DNA of 64,000 bases, taken from positions 25,668,001 to 25,732,000 of the forward strand of contig NC_045716.1 in NCBI RefSeq assembly GCF_009834535.1, read 5' to 3'. Made by a program: the position numbers and the translations under genes. The notes under the pieces are model-generated. The model was not told where the DNA came from and did not search any database. It was given only the letters and a program-made list of their open reading frames with translations. Positions 53,401-64,000 of the stretch are shown here, in pieces; positions within the stretch are counted from its first letter, which is position 1; every line of letters begins with the position of its first letter. Source of the stretch: Camelus ferus (Eukaryota).

Positions 53401-56400
53401 AGCTTAAAGAGGGAGGAGACATGGGACGACAGCAGAATCTGACCTGGGCACCCCCTCTTGTCTTTCCACTTCTCCTCCAGTCCCGTTCCTTCTCCTTGTC
53501 TTCCTCTCAGCCCTCAGCCCTTCTCTCCCCTCTAGGTCCCCTTCTCAAAGGACTGCGGCCCCGACAATGAATGTGTCACAGATCTGGCACTTCGAGCCAG
53601 TATGGACATCAGAGGCTCCAGGTGGGATGGACATGACCTGGCCAAACCAGGGTGACCTGAGACAGACCAGAGGGGGCCTGAAGGGAGACGGAGGGTTGAT
53701 TCTCACCCAGGAAAAGAGAAGTGAGGCTTCTGGCACCCCTCAAGTCTGGGCCCTCCTTTACCCGCCCCTCCTAGGAAGGAGCCCTTTGTGGTTCGGGGTG
53801 GTCGGCGAAAGGTGCTCGTGTCAGCAGCTCTGGAGAACAGGGAGGAAAACGCCTACAACACGAGCCTGAGCCTCAGCTTTTCTAGAAACCTCCATCTGTC
53901 CAGCTTCACTCCTCAGGTGCCCTTGCGGGAGGGAGCTGGGGAGGAGTCGGGGAAGGAGGAGGAAGAAGACTGGGGTGTTGGCTGTGAGGGGCTCTGGGGA
54001 AAGGCTGCATTTAGAAGCTGCAGGCAGGAGAGCAGTGGCAGCCCCAGCTCCAGCCTCCACCCTCGGTGCTCTGCTCTCAGAGGGACAGCGCAGTAAAGGT
54101 GGAATGTGCAGCCCCTTCCCCTCACTCCCGACTCTGCAGCGTGGGGCATCCTGTCTTCCGGTCTGGAGGCAAGGTGAGCTGGGGCCCGGGATGAGAAAGG
54201 GGCTCTGACAGGGGAAGCAAATTTATGGTTACCAGAGGGAAAGGGAGGTGGAAGGGATAAATTAGGAGTTGGAGATGTGCAGATGCTAACTACGGTGTAT
54301 AAAATAGTTAAGTGACAAGTTTCTACTGTATAGCCCAGGGGACTATTTCAAGAAGAAAGAAANNNNNNNNNNNNNNNNNNNNNNNNNNNNNNNNNNNNNN
54401 NNNNNNNNNNNNNNNNNNNNNNNNNNNNNNNNNNNNNNNNNNNNNNNNNNNNNNNNNNNNNNNNNNNNNNNNNNNNNNNNNNNNNNNNNNNNNNNNNNNN
54501 NNNNNNNNNNNNNNNNNNNNNNNNNNNNNNNNNNNNNNNNNNNNNNNTGGAATCTGTGGGGCCTGGCAGTTTAGGGGAGGAGGCACACAATGACTCCTTT
54601 TCCTCTGTAGCGGCCCCATGAAAAGAAATCTCCTGTGACCCCATGTCCCTTGCCCTCAGGTGACCTTTCTTCTGGAGTTTGAGTTTAGCTGCTCCTTCCT
54701 CCTGAGCCAGGTCCTTGTGAGGCTAACTGCTGCCAGGTGAGGACAAGGAGAATTTCCTCCTGGCCCTCTCCTGCTGGGTCTTGGCAGTGGGGAGGTAGGG
54801 GGTGGAGGGGTGGAAACAGCACTGGCTCCTTTACTCCAGAGAGGGGTGCCTGAGACAGGGCTGGGACATGAGCCTCTCCCCCTGACCCTACAGCAACAGC
54901 CTGGAGAGAAACGGAACCCTTCAAGACAACACAGTCCAGACCTCAGCCTACATCCAATATGAGCCTCACCTCCTATTTGCTAGGTACGGCCTAGCTTCCC
55001 GCTGGGACTCCATCCTGACCTCAGATTCATACTCCATTTCCTCCCTCTCCCTCCATGTGCTTCAGCGTTCCTGAACACCAAACCCCTGGGGCTCCTCCAT
55101 CTTTTTGCCCTCAGTCCCACTCATGCTGAAATTTCTCTTTTAAACATCTTACTTCCCTGGGCATGGGTATACCTATACCTCCTAGGCGTAGGGCTTTGCT
55201 GTGCCCTAGGGATTGGAGCTCGGGTGAGGGAAAATGGGATGTGGTCATGAAGTATATGCCAAGTCTATGTCATGTCCCGTTTCTGTCTTCTCTGTGTACC
55301 CCCATCTCTTTATCCATGTGCTGGCCTTGCCTCCCCTGAATCCATGTCTGTGTGCTGATCATGTGCCCCTGCGTCTGTGTCATGGCTGTGACCATGTACT
55401 TCCTGACTTGGTGTCCATGCAGTGAGTCCACTCTGCACCGCTATGAGGTTCACCCACATGGGACCCTCCCAGTGGGCCCTGGCCCCGAATTCAAAACCAC
55501 TCTTAGGGTGAGAAGCTGGAGGGGCCTTGGCATGAGCAGGGGGAGGGGGGGAGTCCTTGGGGAAGTGACGGAAGCATCTCTTGTAGATTTCAGTGGTATC
55601 CAGGGTAAAGGGAACAGATAAGAAGGCTCCTTCTCTATCTCCCACCTCTTCTCATTTCCAATCCTCCTTTTAGGTTCAGAACCTTGGCTGCTATGTGGTC
55701 AGTGGCCTCATCATCTCAGCCCTCCTTCCAGCTGTGGCCCATGGGGGCCATTATTTCCTGTCCCTGTCTCAAGTCATCACTAACAACGTGAGTCTGGGCC
55801 AGGGGCGCATGGAACCCCGCCACCTCGATCTGGTGGACTCACCCAGCTCCCTGTCTGCTGGGTCATTGCTCTCAGGGCTCCTCCTTCCCCGGGAGACCTT
55901 TCTTTCACGCACATAGCTGCCTTGAGAAGAAAGAACGGGATTACCCAGGGAAGAACTGCAGGAGTGTGGGCGGTATGCTCCTGCTTAGCCTGGAGTGGCT
56001 GGCCCTCACCATCGGAGGGTCCCTTAAGTTGGATCTTCCTCTAGGCAAGCTGCACAGTGCAGAACCTGACTGAGCCCCCAGGCCGCCCTGTGCATCCAGA
56101 GGAGCTTCAGGACACAAGCAGGCTGGTACGAGTCACAGAGGGTGAAGAGGGCTTCCAGCATGGGAATGCAGGGGGGAGCTGTGGGGCGGAGGGGGGTCTC
56201 TCTACCCCAAGGTCCTGATCTGTCTCTCTCTTCTGGTAGAACGGGAGCAATGCTCGGTGTCAGGTCGTGAGGTGCCACCTTGGGCGACTGGCAAAGGGGA
56301 CAGAGGTGTCTGTCGGGCTACTGAGGCTGGTTCACAATGAATTTTTCCGGAGGGTAAACTCTTCCTTTCTTACTGCTCTCCCCTTCTGCTCCTATCTGGG

Positions 56401-58584
56401 ACTTTAGCACAGGCTTTTCGGGTAGACCGACTCTGTTCAAGTTCTAGCTTTGTCTCCTTCTACCACAGTTATTTAATTTTTTTAAGCTTCTTTCTCCTTA
56501 TCTCTAAGATAATACCTACTTCATGGGGTTTTTGTAAAGAATAAATTAGTAGGGATATAGCTCAGTGGTAGAGGGCTTGCTTTGCATGTGCGAGGTCCTG
56601 TGTTCAACCCCAGCACCTCTATTAACCAGCCAACCAACCAACCAAACAAACCTAATGACTCCCCCCCAAAAGAAGAATTTAAGAGAAGAGTGAAAAAATG
56701 ATGAACAATGAGATGGACTCACTAGAAGCTAGTTACTATCCTTGTGTTTCTATTTCCCTCCGTTTATCATCGCTTAGTGCTGTATCAATAATCAGTCAAC
56801 ATTTACAGGACACCTAAATTCAATCGACCCATCAAGTACCTACTGTATAAAAGGCCCTGACTTAGGTAGACACTGAGGAGAATATGGCCAACATTTAGCA
56901 CCATGCCTAACTTACTGTGCTGATTTAATACATTGTTGTTAAACGAATGAATAAATAGTTGACATCACATGCAGGGAGGTGCTGGGAAGTGACATTGCAT
57001 AGCTGAAAGGGATCTAGAGTATGAAAGCTCTTTAAAGCTAGGGAGATGAAATTGAACTTAACAGGACAGGCAGGCAGGAGTCGGTGTGATTTCCTGAGCA
57101 CGGAGATGAAATCTTGGTTGTAACAGCTCTTTAGTGCTAGGGGTTTATATTGTGCCTTCCCACGTGCCATCTACTTTGAATAACACAAGATCCCTGGGGT
57201 GTAGGTATGTCTCAGGGAAGTTAGGTCTGACAGACCATCCCTCTCTAAGTCTGGTTCTCTCTTTATCTCCCTTTGGTATCCTTTTAAAAATTCATTTATT
57301 TATTCTTTCAACAAAGATTTGTTGAGAAACTGTGCTAGGTACTTGGGACACATAAATTACTAAGGTACTACCCTTGACCTCAAAAATCTTATAGCTCACT
57401 GCTGAAAGAGAAGTAAAGAGAATATTCTAACCCAGCCCAGGGTGGTGGAGGTTTGGAAAAGACACTTTCCTGCTTCCCAGAGGGGAGGACATCTAAACTT
57501 CAGCCTGAAGGAAGGGTAGGAGTTGAATGAATTTCAAGCTGAGCAAACACAGTACAGGAAGGGTCAGAGGCTTTCCATCTATAACCCTTCCTCTCTTTCC
57601 CCATTGTTCTCCAATCTTTTCCTCTGGTCTGGAGGGTCCTGGGAGCTGCACCTCTCAGCCTCACCCTTGCTATAGGGGTTCTGGGAGCCATATCCCGTGA
57701 TGATGGCTCACTTTAAATGTCTTCTCATCCACAGGCCAAATTCAAGTCTCTAACAGTGGTCAGCACCTTTGAGCTGGGAACTGAGGAGGGGAGTGTCCTG
57801 CGGCTGACTGAAGCCTCCCGTTGGAGTGAGGTAGGTTGGAGACTGAGTTTGAGAGCCGTGAAACTTGTGAGGGTGGGGATGAGATAAGGGCACCTGTGAG
57901 CTTTCTCAGAACAGAGGCATCTTCATTAGGCTGCAGTCAGGGGGTCAGAAGGGAAAAATCAGAATGGTGGGGGTCCCACCGCCTCCCTTCCTACCTCAGT
58001 TTCTTTCCTTTTATTCTCCTGTGTTAAGGTTGGCTTTGCTACAGTGTGGGGCGAGGCTAGCCGGCCCAAAGTGTGCAAGTAAAAAACAACTCTCCTCCCT
58101 GTACAGAGCCTCCTGGAGGTGATTCAGACCCGCCCCGTGCTCCTCTCCCTGTGGGTCCTCGTTGGCAGCATCCTGGGAGGGCTGCTCCTGCTCGCGCTCC
58201 TTGTCTTCTGCCTCTGGAAGGTAAGCCCTGCTCCGGTGAGGAGTCCTGGGCACGGCGCCCACGCGTTAAGGGATCCCTGATTATAGCACCGGAGAACTGG
58301 ATTTGTGCGGGACAGCTAAGCAGGCTGTGGGTGTCATGCCCAGATCGCCTTCACTCTCTTCCGCAAATGTTGGTTGAATTAAACTAAGCCAAATACAATA
58401 AATTTGAACCTCATTTTTGGAAGCAGAACAAAATGGAAGACTTCAGATACATCTCAGGGCTGTTGGCAAGGCCCCTAGGCAGGGCATTTGGCAATGACTC
58501 TTATCTCTTCCTCTATAGCTTGGCTTCTTTACCCGTAAGAAAATCCCCGAGGGAGAAAAAAGAGAAGAGAAACTGGAACAGTGA
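44489..58584 (+). CDS. ITGA10: Integrin alpha-10, 30 coding exons, with a +1 insertion in exon 14 (about 51329)
   Basis: Exons 44489-44540, 46026-46137, 46337-46446, 46649-46740, 46965-47079, 48112-48239, 48422-48570, 49230-49380, 49585-49750, 49886-49959, 50198-50342, 50556-50704, 50918-51061, 51198-51402, 51706-51836, 52249-52415, 52511-52653, 53225-53338, 53536-53621, 53775-53916, 54081-54173, 54660-54736, 54894-54983, 55423-55507, 55674-55787, 56045-56125, 56240-56353, 57735-57830, 58107-58220, 58519-58584. Sum is 3505 nt = 1167 aa + stop + 1 extra nt. Contains a signal peptide, I-domain MIDAS (DGSNS, T, TDGES), FG-GAP Ca-binding motifs ([27 protein letters not shown]), a TM helix and a KLGFFTRK tail. 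Confidence 0.97.
47626..47945 (-). mobile_element. L1 3' end fragment (younger lineage-specific type)
   Basis: Poly-T tail, ttccctgtgctatacagt, ggcaaccacaagtctgtattctctgtctatgagtct. Confidence 0.78.
52943..53073 (-). mobile_element. Full-length tRNA-derived SINE with target-site duplication
   Basis: Reverse complement GGGGAGGGTATAGCTCAGTAGTAGAGTG...GGGTTCAATCC with tail AAATAAATAACCCTAATTACCTCCCCC; flanked by AAATGT(C/A)ATAGTCTT at 52928-52942 and 53074-53088. Confidence 0.88.
54209..54362 (+). mobile_element. L1 3' fragment adjoining N-gap 54363-54547
   Basis: atttatggttaccagagggaaagg...gggataaattaggagtt...ctactgtatagcccaggg. Confidence 0.7.
56549..56671 (+). mobile_element. tRNA-derived SINE
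   Basis: GGGATATAGCTCAGTGGTAGAG...GGTCCTGTGTTCAACCCC with (AACC)n and the same CCTAATGACTCCCCCC tail type as the 52943 copy. Confidence 0.82.
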
Positions 58585-60111
58585 ATGTGGAATAAACTCT
58601 AGAAAGTCCTCCTGGCAGCTTCTCCAAAAGACTTGCATAAGAGCGGAGTTTGGGGGCCTCAGATGGGACAAGAAGAAGCCTCTGATCTCCCCAGACCTGC
58701 AGCCTGACTTTTGAGTCACGAGGATGCTGCTGGCAAGAGATGAGGCCTTACCTCAGACAAGAAGGGCTGGAACCAAAACCAGGAACACCCCCACCCTGTG
58801 CTTCCCTCCTCATGATCCTGGTTCCAGAGCCAACACTGGGGCTTTGGTGTAGGGCCCTTTCTCCCCAACCCCCAGGAATCTAAAATTTTTTGCCTTGTTC
58901 TCTGACTTCCTTCAGTTTCCCTCTACGTCCTCGCTCACAATTTGGAAGGGATGGGGGTCATCTTCCTCCATTTCCCGCTTCTCACCTTCCTGCCTGCTCC
59001 CCACTCCACAGGAGAGAGCTGACGTTGGCTTGAAAAAGTAAAGTCAACATCTGCTGCTTTCCTGTGGAGTCTGGTGATTCAGAGAGCCGGATGGGGAGCG
59101 TCAACAGGAAAAAAGGAGGGAGGAGGAGAAGCCACAAGAGACATTCTGTACAATTCCAAGGAACAGAGAAGCCTTTAGACAGGCAACTGCCATCCCACTG
59201 AAACCTGAGACTTTCCTGGTGCACTCGCCCGCCCTCAGGTGCTGGCGAAAGGGAGCTGCCCCAGGCCTGCTGGGCAAGGGTTTCCCAACTCCGCAGCCTT
59301 CCCTGGGAGCAAAGCCAGGGCTGGGTGCCCAATTCTCTGGAGCCAGAGGCCCCCACGTGGCTAGAGCAGGAATAACAGAAGACTGAATGCCCCAGGCAGT
59401 TTCCTCCTCTCTCAGGCCTCACCAGCTCCTGAGCCCTCCTTGGAGCCTCGTCATAGAAAGAGAGAAGGGAGAGGATTGCCGCTTGATGGTGGGAAACCCT
59501 TTCAGCTTACCAGCTTTGGGAAGCTGCAGCCCTATGGGGTCTGAACACATGGGGTCCATGTTAGGGAAGCAGCTGAAGTAGGTGCAGGAGATCTCTGAGG
59601 AGCAAGCCCTTACTTGCTTGGCACTGGTTGTGTAGCACAGATAGCTCCTAGGAAATGCTTCTGGAGGATCTCCAGTCATATCTTGTGGGGCTTCTCTGGT
59701 GGAATCAGTTTGCCAGCCCTTGCGTGATGTTTACTGGAAAGTCCCAAGTTAATTTCTGGACCATCCCACCCCCTGACTCCCATTTTTTTGGTCATGGCCA
59801 GTAAAGAGAGTTGGATTCTCATTGACACCTAGGTAACTTATATTTTTTTGTAATCAAGACTTTGGGTACCAAAGTCAGTTATTGGTCTCCAGAGGGCAGC
59901 TCTGACAGCCATTCAAAGAATTAGCACCCATTTAGAGCTGAAAAGAGAGGGGACCTGATTGGGCAGTTTGACTAGCAGCCACAGACCCTGTCCTGCAAGG
60001 CTGTTCTTGAGCTCTGGTTACAGTGTTTATTTTGATGTGTCTCTGGCCTTTTGCAGACGGCATTGTCTCTGTTTCCTAGCAGGGTGGACAGTGTATCAGA
60101 TGGTCAGAACA

Positions 60112-60117
60112 AATAAA
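60112..60117 (+). terminator. Probable ITGA10 polyadenylation signal
   Basis: AATAAA about 1.5 kb after the stop, with GT-rich downstream sequence. Confidence 0.6.
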
Positions 60118-62049
60118 GTTCAGTGTCAAATGACTTCTGGCTCTATGTGCGTTCCCTGGGATGTATGCAGGCTGCTCGCAAATGTTAAGGGGTGGAGTCT
60201 TGGTTCACCTGCGACCTTATACAGTTGGTCCCTGGAAGGCAAAGTTATGAAGTATTTGAAATGTTTTCTGGGACTCTTCCACTGGAGGTGTTCTCTAGCC
60301 TCCTGAAACCCTCACCTGCTTAGGTGAGCACAGGGTGTAAACGTGTGGGTTTGGTTAGCACTTACACCTAGATTGAAACCCCAGGTCTGCCATTTATTAG
60401 CTGTGTGGCCTTGGGCAAGTCATAACTACCCGAGGCTCAAATAGCAATAAGAGGCTGTGTAGTACAGTGGTTAAGAATCAAGCCAGACTTGGGTTTAAAC
60501 CTAAGCTATACCACTTAAACCCTATTTGACCCTGAACAGATTTAACATCTCTAAGTCTTGGCTTTCTTGACTGTAAAGTTATTAGGGTGTGAGGACTAAA
60601 TGAGATGACTCAAGTAAAGTGAGCATATAGTAAGTACTCAATGAATGGTAACTATTGTTACAGAAATATTTTGTTATAAAATAATCTACCCCACCTACTG
60701 TGTGTTGCGCGGACTAAGAGAGAAGGTGCATTGAAGCAGCAGGTGGTGCACCTGATCTGGTGACTCACCTGCCCTCCACAGACCCTGAAGATTTGTTTCT
60801 TCGGTGTTATTGTCTCCTCCCACTAACTCTTAGCCTTTCTATGCCTCATTCCCTTTGAAATAAGCCCTCTAAACCCTCTGTGCCCACTAAGGTGATACTT
60901 AGATGATTAACTTAAGGTTCTAATGGCAGAAATCAAATCTATTCAATTTCTTCATACACCCAGAGTTCTTCCAGTACCCTCAAGGAACATGTGCACTTCA
61001 ACAATGGCCTTCTAGAGACCATGTCTCTGCCTTTGCTGCCTAACCCTGAGAATAGGCCTGTTTTGCCTATTAGGCAGGGACAACCATTCTGTGGCAAGCT
61101 GGTGAGTTATTTTGTGGCAAGAGAAGTCCATGATGGCCTTCAATACACTTCATATAAGCTATGGCTTGATCAAACTTTATGGAGCATACTGCTTCTGGGG
61201 TGGGGACTGAAGCTATGGATATGTTGACAGATCGCCCCTCTTTATCCCAACCTCTTCTTCAATAAGCCTATTACCTCTTCGTTGAAGCCCAGCTGGTTTG
61301 CGAAGCAACTGTAGAAACAACAGGCTGTCCCCAGACACACAAGTGTTGCTTTCTTCTCATTGTTGCTCCTTTGTTCTTTCCTTCATTCCTTCATTCATTC
61401 ATCAGAAATTAAGCACCAACTATGTCCTAGGCAATGGGAATAATATAAAATACAACTCCTACCATCAAAGAGCCCAGTCTAGTTGGGGAAGCAAACATAT
61501 AAACAAATAATGGCAAATACAGAAAGCTGGTTGCTGGACAACATAGCAGGAGGTATTAAGAAGTGTGTCACACACAAGAGGCACACTTTTTTGGGTGGGG
61601 GTGGGAAGGTTATAAGGGAAAACTTTGAGGGACCACCAAGTGTGAGAGGAGGCATTCCAGGAGGATTAACCACTGGTCAGAAAGGGAGCTGTCGTAGATT
61701 GTAAGAGCCTGAGCATTCAGCTATTTGTGAAAGCAGTGAGAGATGAGACTTGAGAAGGCAGCGTGCAACTCCTGACGAGCCTAGCAAACCACGTTAAGAA
61801 CTTTGAACTTCATCCGGTAGGCTTTCATATGCATTGGAGTGGACTCTGGCTGCAGGGAAGAGAAAGGAGAGACTAGTAGACCAGTTGGCTGCGACAAACC
61901 AAGCACGAATTGCTGAGAATCTTAATTTAAAGGGCAGTGGAAATGGTGAAGACAGTTTTGTGAGTTTTTTTTTGCGGAAGGAGATGCTTAAAATGAAAAA
62001 AAATTCTCTCCGCTCCCTCTACCCTTTCCTATCTTAGAGGTTCCTTAGG

Positions 62050-62830
62050 GTATTAAGCCTGATCCGGTTTCCCCACGTTGTGGTGGGTCATGAATCACCT
62101 GCGCTCAGCCTTTGGCTCTGCACTACAATCTCCCGTTTCCAAAATGCACTGTTCAAATCCGATTTTGTGCCTATGTTTTTGGCCGCGGAATAGGGGCAGG
62201 AAGTAGAGGTTGGAAAAAGTCTCTGGATATAATCAAAACATCGTCACCAGTAGTTAAAAGCGACAGTTGGTAAGACTGGAGCACACCGGGAGAATCCAAG
62301 GCCTACTTTCCTCCCGCGGCGGCGCTCGGGGGCGGGGTTGAGGCGGGGTTTAGGGCGGAGCAGCAGCCTGGAACAGCAGCCTGGAACAGCGGGGAGAGGC
62401 GGGGCTGGGGGTGTGTTTTAGCCGGAGCCCGTAGGTTCCCTTTTGCTATAGGGCAGGTCGGAGCTGGGGGCGGGCTCGGTTTGGGAAAGCGAGGCTGAAG
62501 CCAAGACTACGTCGTAACCGAAGACTGCAGGCTTTTTGCCTCCGCAACAGCGGAGTGGGGCGGGATCAGGGGCGGAGTTTGAAGCCCAGCCCTCGGGTTC
62601 TTGTCTCTGATTGAACGAAGTGGTCTGGGGCGGGTCCTGGGGTGGGTCCTGGGGCGGGCCCCGCTCTGCTTTTGACAGCTCCTGTGCACAGCCGCAGCTG
62701 AGTCCGGTGGGTTCGGGAACCTGTGGCCCCTCTCTCCTCGCGTCCCCGTCCCCCCGTCGCCTTGGCCCCGGCCATGAAGCGCATCTTCTCCTGCTCCAGT
62801 TCACAGGTGGCGGTAGGTGCTAAAATGTCT
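62050..62830 (+). promoter_or_regulatory. ANKRD35 CpG-island promoter
   Basis: CpG-rich with many GGGGCGG boxes, a tandem CAGCAGCCTGGAA x2 (about 62360-62386) and GGGG(C/T)GGGTCCT-like x3 (about 62627-62660). Confidence 0.65.
62774..62812 (+). CDS. ANKRD35: First coding exon of ankyrin repeat domain 35 (rest of the gene lies beyond the window)
   Basis: Kozak GCCATGA, translation MKRIFSCSSSQVA, donor GCG|GTAGGT; N-terminus recognised and synteny after ITGA10. Confidence 0.85.
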
Positions 62831-64000
62831 GGCAGACTGAGCATGGGGTTGGGGTCCAAGCCCTATGGTGACAGAAGTCCTGAGTCCCATCTCCATGCCT
62901 TTTCTCTTCACCGGTTTTTCTAGCTCTTCCGCTCCCGCAGTGCAGCCCGCCAGCCCTGCCTTCCTTAAGACCCTGTCCCCCAACCTCTGACTTGCCTTCC
63001 CAACCTCTGTCCTCTCCAAGGTCCTTTCCCTTAGTGCTTTCTGGTCTTCCTATCATCTACACCCCCAACTTCTGATATGTGTCCTACATCCCCTGCCCCC
63101 TCCTAAGGCTCTGTTTTCTACTTCTGCTCTGTTTCCCAGTACTGAACTAAAGTATCTGTCCTATTCCCCAGCCCCGGCTCATCCCCAAGCTCTTTTCTGT
63201 CTTCCAAGTGCCCCATGGCCCCATTTTCCAGCCCTGCCCTGTCCTCACAACTCAACCCTCCCATATGGCCCTACCTTTGCTGTTTCCTCTCAGCCTAATA
63301 AGTACTCCCAGCCCTGTGCCCTCCTCTAGCCCTTCTTCATAGAGTCTTCTCTGTCCTTGCCCCCACCTCACCCATGGCACTTCCACTCCCATTCTCCCAT
63401 CACCACCGCTGGCTCTCAGGCATCACTCCAAACCTCTTTCCAGTTGGTGTTCCCACTGCGGCAGCCTTCCTGTTCTCCCCTTCAAAATCTGCCCCTCTCT
63501 GTCCAGTAGTTGTTCAATTCCACTTTCCCCCCTTTTGTCCCGATCTCCTCCTGCCTGCTCTCTGTGAGTTAATCTTGCAGTCTGGCCTGGCCAGCCTGAC
63601 AGGCAGTGTCAGAGGAGGCACATTTGCCTGGCTGCTCCCCAAGGAATGGGTAAATTGTCTGCAGAATCCACCCTGGCCAGTTCACTGCAGTTCTGGTCAT
63701 CAGACTGGTTCTTGGGCCAGTCAAGGCCTTTTGCCTGCTTCTCTCCAGAATCTTCCTTCATTCTAAACCCTCACCCAGCTGTTTAGGGCTTGGACTCTCT
63801 GCTCCCTTGGACTGAGCTGGGGAACGGTGACAGTGAGAGGAGGAGAGGATAAAGTGGATTCACTCTGAGAGTTCCCAGTAGCAGCCACTCTCCTTCCACT
63901 GTTCTCTCAGAACAAAACACAGGGAAGAAGCTACAGAAGGTAGTGGCTAAGGGAGGCTACCTCTTCTCCTTCTGTGAAGGTCTTTTACAGAGAGACCCCT

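Noticed and set aside
58519-58545. Non-canonical integrin tail GFFTR instead of GFFKR
   Set aside because: ITGA10 orthologues are known to deviate from GFFKR (human GFFAH), so it is not novel

Overview
Mammalian genomic DNA, most likely camelid: tRNA-derived SINEs resemble the camelid Vic-1 type, and I saw no ruminant Bov-tA or pig PRE-1 elements. Gene order matches human 1q21.1 (the TAR-syndrome interval): POLR3GL putative non-coding first exon (-), ANKRD34A (+), LIX1L (+, 6 exons), RBM8A (+, 6 exons), GNRHR2 (-, 3 coding exons), PEX11B (+, 4 exons), ITGA10 (+, 30 exons) and the first coding exon of ANKRD35 (+). I traced exon boundaries and reading phases by hand. Gene names and orthologue comparisons come from my recognition of the proteins, not from a database search. 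The most interesting result is an apparently intact 376-aa type II GnRH receptor, a gene silenced in human, cattle and sheep and lost in mouse and rat. It retains CGA where human has a premature TGA, and its C-terminus appears remodelled by a 2-nt insertion. It lies antisense to the RBM8A 3' region and head-to-head with PEX11B. ANKRD34A and ITGA10 each carry a +1 frameshift, probably from sequencing error. Five N-gaps are present, three inside coding exons. Other observations include a ~190-bp composite inverted duplication at the window start, a spliced uORF in ANKRD34A and a candidate alternative first exon of PEX11B. No prokaryotic or CRISPR-type system was seen.
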